DNA of 64,000 nt from a plasmid: sequence record NZ_CP137560.1; one strand, written 5' to 3'. Of the stretch, positions 58,408-64,000 are shown in pieces. How positions within the stretch are numbered: position 1 is the stretch's first letter; each line of letters opens with the position of its first letter. The notes under the pieces are model-generated. The model ran no database searches and was not told the origin of the DNA. It saw nothing but the letters and a program-made list of their open reading frames with translations. The position numbers were made by a program, and so were the translations under genes.

Positions 58408-58821
58408 TTACACGAAGTTCAGAATAGATTTGAGTCTGTCCTGTGCCTTGTTGAGCACCTGAATGGTGTCTTCGTTATTCTTATCCTTCTTGTTTTCAAG
58501 AAGAATGATAGCCTTCTTTATCAACTTGCAGTCCTCTATGGATAAAGGCATTTCAGTGATAGAATAGTCAGGATCAGCGTATCTGTAGTATATTCTATCA
58601 TAAACCTCGATAGGAGCATTGTAGCCCAGTTTGTCAGATCTCATAATCTGTATATCCATCTGAACAGTTCTGGCGCATACTCCTTTGATGATTCCCTCCA
58701 TGTCGTAGAGAGCGTCGCTACATGCCTCCACGAGATCTTCGAGAGTCCATCTTCTGTATCTGTTTCTCAAACAGTTGTCTATAGTTTTGTACCTTATTAA
58801 GGCATTCTTATTTGCTGGCAT
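58408..58821 (-). CDS. YafY/WYL-family-like HTH transcriptional regulator (N-terminal HTH domain)
   Basis: ALIRYKTIDNCLRNRYRRWTLEDLVEACSDALYDMEGIIKGVCARTVQMDIQIMRSDKLGYNAPIE resembles the HTH_11/DeoR-type N-domain of WYL regulators. Confidence 0.45.
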   Translation of the reverse strand: MPANKNALIRYKTIDNCLRNRYRRWTLEDLVEACSDALYDMEGIIKGVCARTVQMDIQIMRSDKLGYNAPIEVYDRIYYRYADPDYSITEMPLSIEDCKLIKKAIILLENKKDKNNEDTIQVLNKAQDRLKSILNFV

Positions 58822-59911
58822 AGTTCTTTCATTTTAAGCGTAAAAAATGGTTGGATTTCATCCAGCTTTTTCTCGCCATGTCAGAGCAGATGCAAGCATT
58901 TGGCTAAAATGAAAAAGTTGGATTCTCCCGGCAAGGAAACTCCAACTCTTTCGTATTATCTTTGTTCTCTGTGGGGCACGCTGTTACGATACCCGATAGA
59001 AATAACTATGCGAATAATGATGTGGGAATCCTATACCGGCTGTATCTGATGTACTTGATGTATGTACATAACTATTCCGTTCAAAGCGTCGATAGCTCTG
59101 AACGAATGATTGTGATGTTATGTGCATATTTAAATTCATTTCCGTATAGGATTTTTATTGTATTTTACTTCTAAATTCTTTTAATGGGTGCAAAGATACA
59201 AAAATAGTGCGAAATCTTTTTGCGTAGCAACAAAAAAATGGTATAAACATGCGGATTTTAAGCAAAAAGAGCAGTTCTGATAGTGATAATCGGCTGATTT
59301 TCCCTGATAATGCTTCGCCCCTCGCCATGAAGGAAGCTACTGGAGTTCCACCTGATAGACTTTGCATTTATGTCAGCAGAGCATGACGTAAGTGCAAAGT
59401 CCCTCAGTCGGAAGGTGCCCACGAAACGACATCCGGTAGCTTACAAACTGAGTAGGTGGGACGCAAGCGATTCCCACTTAATCAGTTTGCCACTACTGCA
59501 TGTCCATTCGTCGAGAAGGGCACTGGCTCACAGCATCCTCCTTCATTTTCCCTCCCTTCCACCTTAATTATAATATACTGGTCTTCCTCTTTATAAGCAT
59601 TCTGTCTTTCCTTCTTACTGAAACCAAAATCTTTGATTCCGTATCGTCTTTGGGATTTCGGGATTCTTTTTCTTCAAAGTTATCGCATATTTGGCAAAAT
59701 CCTTTTGGAGTTGTTAATTAACGCAAATATGTAAAAATACTGGACTTATTTTTCTTTCTTTTCTCTTTCTTTTATTATAATTTTCTTTATCTATTTCTTT
59801 CTTTCAGAAAGTTTTTTTTTTACCGTATAGGGTAATGTTAATGGACTTTAATGGGATTTGGTGCGTAAATAGAAATGCCCTAAATTTGCTGCCAAGAAAA
59901 TTTTTGGAGTT

Positions 59912-60748
59912 ATGAAGACAAACAGAAACAGAAATGCAGAACTCATGCTTAGAATATATGAGTCTGTCATCTTTCCTGGCAAATGCCAGCACCTATCAAG
60001 AAACGAGCGAGAAGTATTTCGCTCAGTGTGGTCATACGACATCACCTATCTATATCCGTCGGTATACAAAAAGAATGATACGGATTGGATGGAGTTCGGC
60101 TTATTCGATTCCAAGAAAGTGGGACGGATGGTGCCGTTCTATAATATACAGCAAGAAAGGTTCTTGCAGCTTTCAGAAGAATGTGTTTGGATAGAGAACT
60201 TTGTGGAGTGTCCAATGGAAATTATATATCAGGATGACTTCACCTTGACATTTACCCCAGATTATCTTCTGAAGTTAGCGGACGGGAGCATCGTCATACT
60301 CATGCTGCAGTCTTACAAGTTGTTCTCCACGCAAGATGTGCAAAAGAAATGGCATAGTCTGATGGAATATTGCAAGAAACATGGCTACGGATGCGTCATG
60401 TTTGACCTAATTAAAGGCATCAGTCTCAAATGGCTTCTTGGAATCTGGCGAAACAAGGACATGAGCAGGTTTGAAAATGAGGTATTATCTATGCTGGACA
60501 GCAAGAATAGTCATTGGATGGATGGGATTACCCTATCTAAAATCATGGATAAGCATCATGCCAACTTGTTCGACTTTCAAGTACTAGTGCTTAAGAACAA
60601 TCTCTTGTTCCTCCCACAAAATGGAAAAAGAAAAGTAGATCTAATAAAGAGCCACGAACAAAACCTCTTTGATTCACAACTAATGATAGACAGTTATGCA
60701 GAAAATAATACAGCACAAAGACGAAACCATATACGAGTTAGGATGTAG
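59912..60748 (+). CDS. Hypothetical protein
   Basis: 278 aa. TFTPDYLLKLADGSIVILMLQSYK is a nuclease-fold-like strand pattern without clear catalytic residues. A T10 tract lies about 90 bp upstream. Confidence 0.4.
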   Translation: MKTNRNRNAELMLRIYESVIFPGKCQHLSRNEREVFRSVWSYDITYLYPSVYKKNDTDWMEFGLFDSKKVGRMVPFYNIQQERFLQLSEECVWIENFVECPMEIIYQDDFTLTFTPDYLLKLADGSIVILMLQSYKLFSTQDVQKKWHSLMEYCKKHGYGCVMFDLIKGISLKWLLGIWRNKDMSRFENEVLSMLDSKNSHWMDGITLSKIMDKHHANLFDFQVLVLKNNLLFLPQNGKRKVDLIKSHEQNLFDSQLMIDSYAENNTAQRRNHIRVRM

Positions 60749-61337
60749 TTCTGAAGACTTGGCTTTTTGGTCATCTTTTGGTTTTAAGCCATACCTATAT
60801 GACAAGTTTAAGGACAGTTATTCAATAAGGAAAGTCTGTCCCTTTAGAATTCATAGGAAGGTTAGCAGCTTATCCGTAGTCTCAAATGGCAGCAAGGAAG
60901 GTCTTGCCGATAGATGGGGAAATATCATTTTGGCCTGTAAGTACGAAAGGATAGAATTATGTATCAACGATGAAGCATCAGGTATTCATGTTTTACACTT
61001 TATGGCATATACCTCTCAAAGGGTAGAAATATTTAGATATATTGGTGGAAATCCGAAGAAAGTGCTTCAATTAGAAAAACTTTGAGATGACATCTAAGTT
61101 GTCATTCTTTCTCCAGTGGGCAATCCTCACCTTTTTATGCTCTTTAAAAGCAAGTCTTTACCTCTTTAGCTTTTTACGTAGCAAAGGTAAGGCAGCTAGC
61201 TTAGATGCCAAGTACCACCGTAAGTTAGATAACAGAAATCCTGCGGCAGCCTTCCACAATCAAAGATTGGGTATTCCGCAGGATTTATGTCATCTTCCTT
61301 GGCTTTCTAAGGCATTAGCCGCCTTGTGATAGAGCAC

Positions 61338-61455
61338 GTAAAAAGGCTATGGTGTAAACGGACATGCCGGAATATCATAAAAAAAAGTTCGGATTTACTG
61401 GAAAAAGAAGCATATAAAAAGGGCTGATGTACCAGAAATCCAGAATCTTTTTTTG
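61338..61455 (+). repeat. About 118-bp conserved intergenic element, copy 2
   Basis: See 55848-55965. Confidence 0.6.
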
Positions 61456-61632
61456 AGGAGTTTGAGAGTGTGTGGATGATTGCATTCCCTTTCACTTACT
61501 TCTAAACTGAAAATGGATAGATATACGCTTTAGAGGATTATTCTTGCATATATGCAGCATATAACCTCCAAGAGTGTTAAACTGGAGCTTTAATTCTGCA
61601 GAATGAGGATACCCGGATGAAATCCATTAACT

Positions 61633-61977
61633 TTGTACAGATATTTAGAGTGGAAAAATATGAAAGCAACGGAGATTATATGGAAGGAAGAGAGCATCTT
61701 GCCACATAGTGCAAATGCCTATCCTAAGGGGAAACCCTATATGGTACAGATGGTGCAGGGCAATGTATTTCCTATTTCCAAGGCTCAAGCCATCAGTTTT
61801 GTCAAAATGGGATGCTGCTTGGGCGTATTGAACAGCGAAGATGTAAGAGTTGTTGAACTTTTGCTGAAGAGACATCAACTTGAAGTCTGTTATAGATATA
61901 CCAAAGGAAAAGACTTTGTCAAGCTCATCAACCAGCGTGATTTAGACAAGGCCCTTCAGGCTGAGTATGGGTTTTAA
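61633..61977 (+). CDS. Hypothetical protein
   Basis: 114-aa ORF about 180 bp downstream of conserved element copy 2. Confidence 0.35.
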   Translation: MYRYLEWKNMKATEIIWKEESILPHSANAYPKGKPYMVQMVQGNVFPISKAQAISFVKMGCCLGVLNSEDVRVVELLLKRHQLEVCYRYTKGKDFVKLINQRDLDKALQAEYGF

Positions 61978-62159
61978 AGAAATGCCCTCCGAACTCATGT
62001 GAGAACAGAGGGCTGCCAAAGGAATTATATTTCCAGAAGCAATGGAATTTCCATCGCTGCTAAAATAGATGCAAAAGTACAAAAATAATTTCCTCAGCAC
62101 AAGATTTTAAGTGACATTTTAATAATTAAATAATAGAATTAGAGTATTAATAGACAAAA

Positions 62160-62720
62160 ATGAAAAAGATTATGAAGAAAACAATGGTAGCAATGATGAT
62201 GTTCATCATCTCCAGCAGTGCTTCTGCACAGAACGTGAAGGAGCCAGAGTACAATGGGCAAGTGGCAATTCTCCAAGCGGACAGTTCTTTGGTGGTGCTA
62301 CAAAAAGAAGTGGCCCAAATGAAGACCAAAACCACAGGTTTTGGATACATTCCCATACCAGGCAGCAGCTTGCTTGACAAGGGTAAGTCATTTTTGCAGG
62401 TCAAAGGCAATGCCTCACCTAATAAAGTGACCCAAGGAAAGGTAACCTTGGTCATTAGAGTCAAGGACAATAATGAAGACCCGAAGAACGCAATTGGGGT
62501 GTTTCAATTCGAGGCCAAGAAGAAGGAACGCAGATATCAACTGGCTGAAGTGGGTGTGCTATCCGGCATGAAGGCTACAACATCCTTCAACACCGTTGAC
62601 TATGAAGTCAAAAAGTGGGGAACAAGTTCTTATCTTATAGCCATCAAGCATCTGCAACCAGGAGAATATGGGGTGACTGCAGCCGATTTGGGCAATATCA
62701 CAACATTATCAGTTAAGTAA
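62160..62720 (+). CDS. Secreted protein of unknown function
   Basis: Signal peptide MKKIMKKTMVAMMMFIISSSASAQ, 186 aa. Confidence 0.5.
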   Translation: MKKIMKKTMVAMMMFIISSSASAQNVKEPEYNGQVAILQADSSLVVLQKEVAQMKTKTTGFGYIPIPGSSLLDKGKSFLQVKGNASPNKVTQGKVTLVIRVKDNNEDPKNAIGVFQFEAKKKERRYQLAEVGVLSGMKATTSFNTVDYEVKKWGTSSYLIAIKHLQPGEYGVTAADLGNITTLSVK

Positions 62721-62922
62721 AAATACCAATCATTTAAAATTCAAAAGTATGGGAGCAATATTTTTAGTTCTGTTTTTCGCATGGCTCTTCAAGGGATTTG
62801 GCAAAGCCATGAAGCATAGCGGCGATACCTTCAGACCAGACAAATAATCATAGGTAAAGTTCAACATTTATCATAACTCCAGCCCACCAAGCCATCGTGA
62901 GAAGGCAGGTGGGCATTTTCAT

Positions 62923-63468
62923 TTAGTCACACTCAAAACATATTTTTTTCTTAAGCTCATAGACTTTTTCTTCGGACAGAGGTCCACATAGCCTTTCTAA
63001 CAGTGGTACCATCTTGCTGGACTGAGGAACATATCTTTCATAAATTTCCACTGGGATAGTACATCGCTTCAAGAAGGTCATCAGCAAATCCTTCATTAGT
63101 TGTCCGTTTACAGTTGAATGATCATCATGATACAGGGGAATGGCCAATGAAGTAATTCCCTTGTCCTCATAGGTAGCCAGTAACTTATCAAAGCTTTGAC
63201 GAATGACATCCAAATCAATGAGTTCATTGGAGTTACAAAAAGGCATCGTCATAATGAGATGCTCCGTACTCCGATATATCCATAGCAACCCAGGTCTCAG
63301 AAGCTCTCGCTCGCAGAGGCTTTGATATTTCCTAACCATTTCTGGATACTTACGAATATAGCGCAAACCGGCCTCGCCCAATATAATGCCGTGGCAAGAA
63401 ACAGGGACAACAAGGGTCTGGCAATGACTGAACAGTATGTCTCCATACAGGATTTTCACATTTCCCAT
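62923..63468 (-). CDS. Macro-domain-like protein (ADP-ribose binding/hydrolase fold)
   Basis: Internal start MGNVKILYGDILFSHCQTLVVPVSCHGIILGEAGLRYIRKYPE aligns with the macro G-D-I-T...VNAAN..GGG..AI region. GITSLAIPLYHDDHSTV matches the GI.SIAFPAISTG segment. Confidence 0.45.
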   Translation of the reverse strand: MGNVKILYGDILFSHCQTLVVPVSCHGIILGEAGLRYIRKYPEMVRKYQSLCERELLRPGLLWIYRSTEHLIMTMPFCNSNELIDLDVIRQSFDKLLATYEDKGITSLAIPLYHDDHSTVNGQLMKDLLMTFLKRCTIPVEIYERYVPQSSKMVPLLERLCGPLSEEKVYELKKKICFECD

Positions 63469-63475
63469 AAACACA

Positions 63476-64000
63476 CTATTTGACCAATCCCTCACACATA
63501 GCTTCCACATACAAAAGAATATCATCAAAGAGTACTTTCTCATCTGAATGAAGATCAGCTTTTTGTAACTTATCAGACAATCTTTGGAATACCTCAGGTT
63601 CATACTCAAAATGGTCTATCAGGAAATACCGAAGAAACTGCTTATCCTTGGGATGTGGCAACTGAAGGAAGCGATAGACAAAAGCCATAAGCTTTTTTTG
63701 TCGAAAGCGATCCATCGTGAAACTTCTGCCTGTATCCCAGTCGAACCATACGGTCAATAAGACAGCTTCACTCTTTAATCTGTCCAACTGGATTTGAATG
63801 ACTTCTATCTTAAATTTCTCTGCCAGTACGGATTGCAAGGCTATGACATCCTCCAATTTCACATTCGGTGAAATTGGAAACCGAATTTCTCGAAAGAGTA
63901 CCATATTGGCAAAACCGAGATTGTTATTAAACTGTCTGGCTCTTAAGAGGAGCTCGCGATGCTTATCTTCTACACTTACCCCCATCCAGAATTCATCCGA
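63476..64000 (-). CDS. Hypothetical protein, N-terminus beyond the window, translationally coupled to the macro-domain gene
   Basis: ORF runs to the window edge. Its stop at 63476 overlaps the macro gene start at 63468. Confidence 0.4.
   Translation of the reverse strand, partial: SDEFWMGVSVEDKHRELLLRARQFNNNLGFANMVLFREIRFPISPNVKLEDVIALQSVLAEKFKIEVIQIQLDRLKSEAVLLTVWFDWDTGRSFTMDRFRQKKLMAFVYRFLQLPHPKDKQFLRYFLIDHFEYEPEVFQRLSDKLQKADLHSDEKVLFDDILLYVEAMCEGLVK

Noticed and set aside
1-64000. CRISPR array, or a retron/RT-based system
   Set aside because: No regularly spaced short direct repeats and no reverse-transcriptase motifs (YxDD) were seen on either strand. The repeats found are element ends, hsdS inverted repeats and intergenic conserved elements.

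Overview
This window looks like Bacteroidales (Prevotella/Bacteroides-like) accessory DNA: TAnnTTTG-type promoters, CTnDOT-style tra genes and NBU-like mob genes. The backbone is a CTnDOT-family conjugative-transposon transfer (tra) operon on the minus strand. Reading right to left it runs traD-like, traE, traE-like paralog, traF, traG (VirB4 ATPase), three secreted proteins of unknown function, then traJ, traK, traL and traM (cut by the window start). Three related integrative mobilizable elements (IMEs) have inserted into this operon. Each carries a tandem pair of tyrosine recombinases, a block of xis-like HTH, small protein and HTH protein, and relaxase/mob genes. IME-A (about 2224-20141) sits inside traJ and carries a complete Type I R-M system whose hsdS genes are arranged as an invertible, phase-variable shufflon with its own recombinase, plus a MobV relaxase. 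IME-B (about 21002-34492) is flanked by a perfect 15-bp direct repeat and also lies in the traJ reading frame. It carries a serine recombinase, an ORF6N gene, an esterase/CBM lipoprotein, a C11-like peptidase lipoprotein and mobABC. IME-C (about 42403-54166) splits a traE paralog. It carries an island of orphan polymorphic-toxin/immunity remnants (a YD-repeat fragment, a trypsin-like GDSGG fragment, a TIR-like fragment and small immunity-like ORFs) plus mobABC, xis and two integrases. traJ is therefore split into three pieces and one traE paralog into two, so the host CTn is probably transfer-defective and serves as a landing pad. Downstream are acidic hypothetical proteins, a cluster of five tRNAs (Ser-GCT, Arg-ACG, Ser-TGA, His-GTG, Thr-TGT) with a degenerate tRNA-like remnant, and further accessory genes, including a macro-domain gene pair at the window edge. 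All calls rest on reading the sequence and on recognising protein motifs from memory; no database search was possible.
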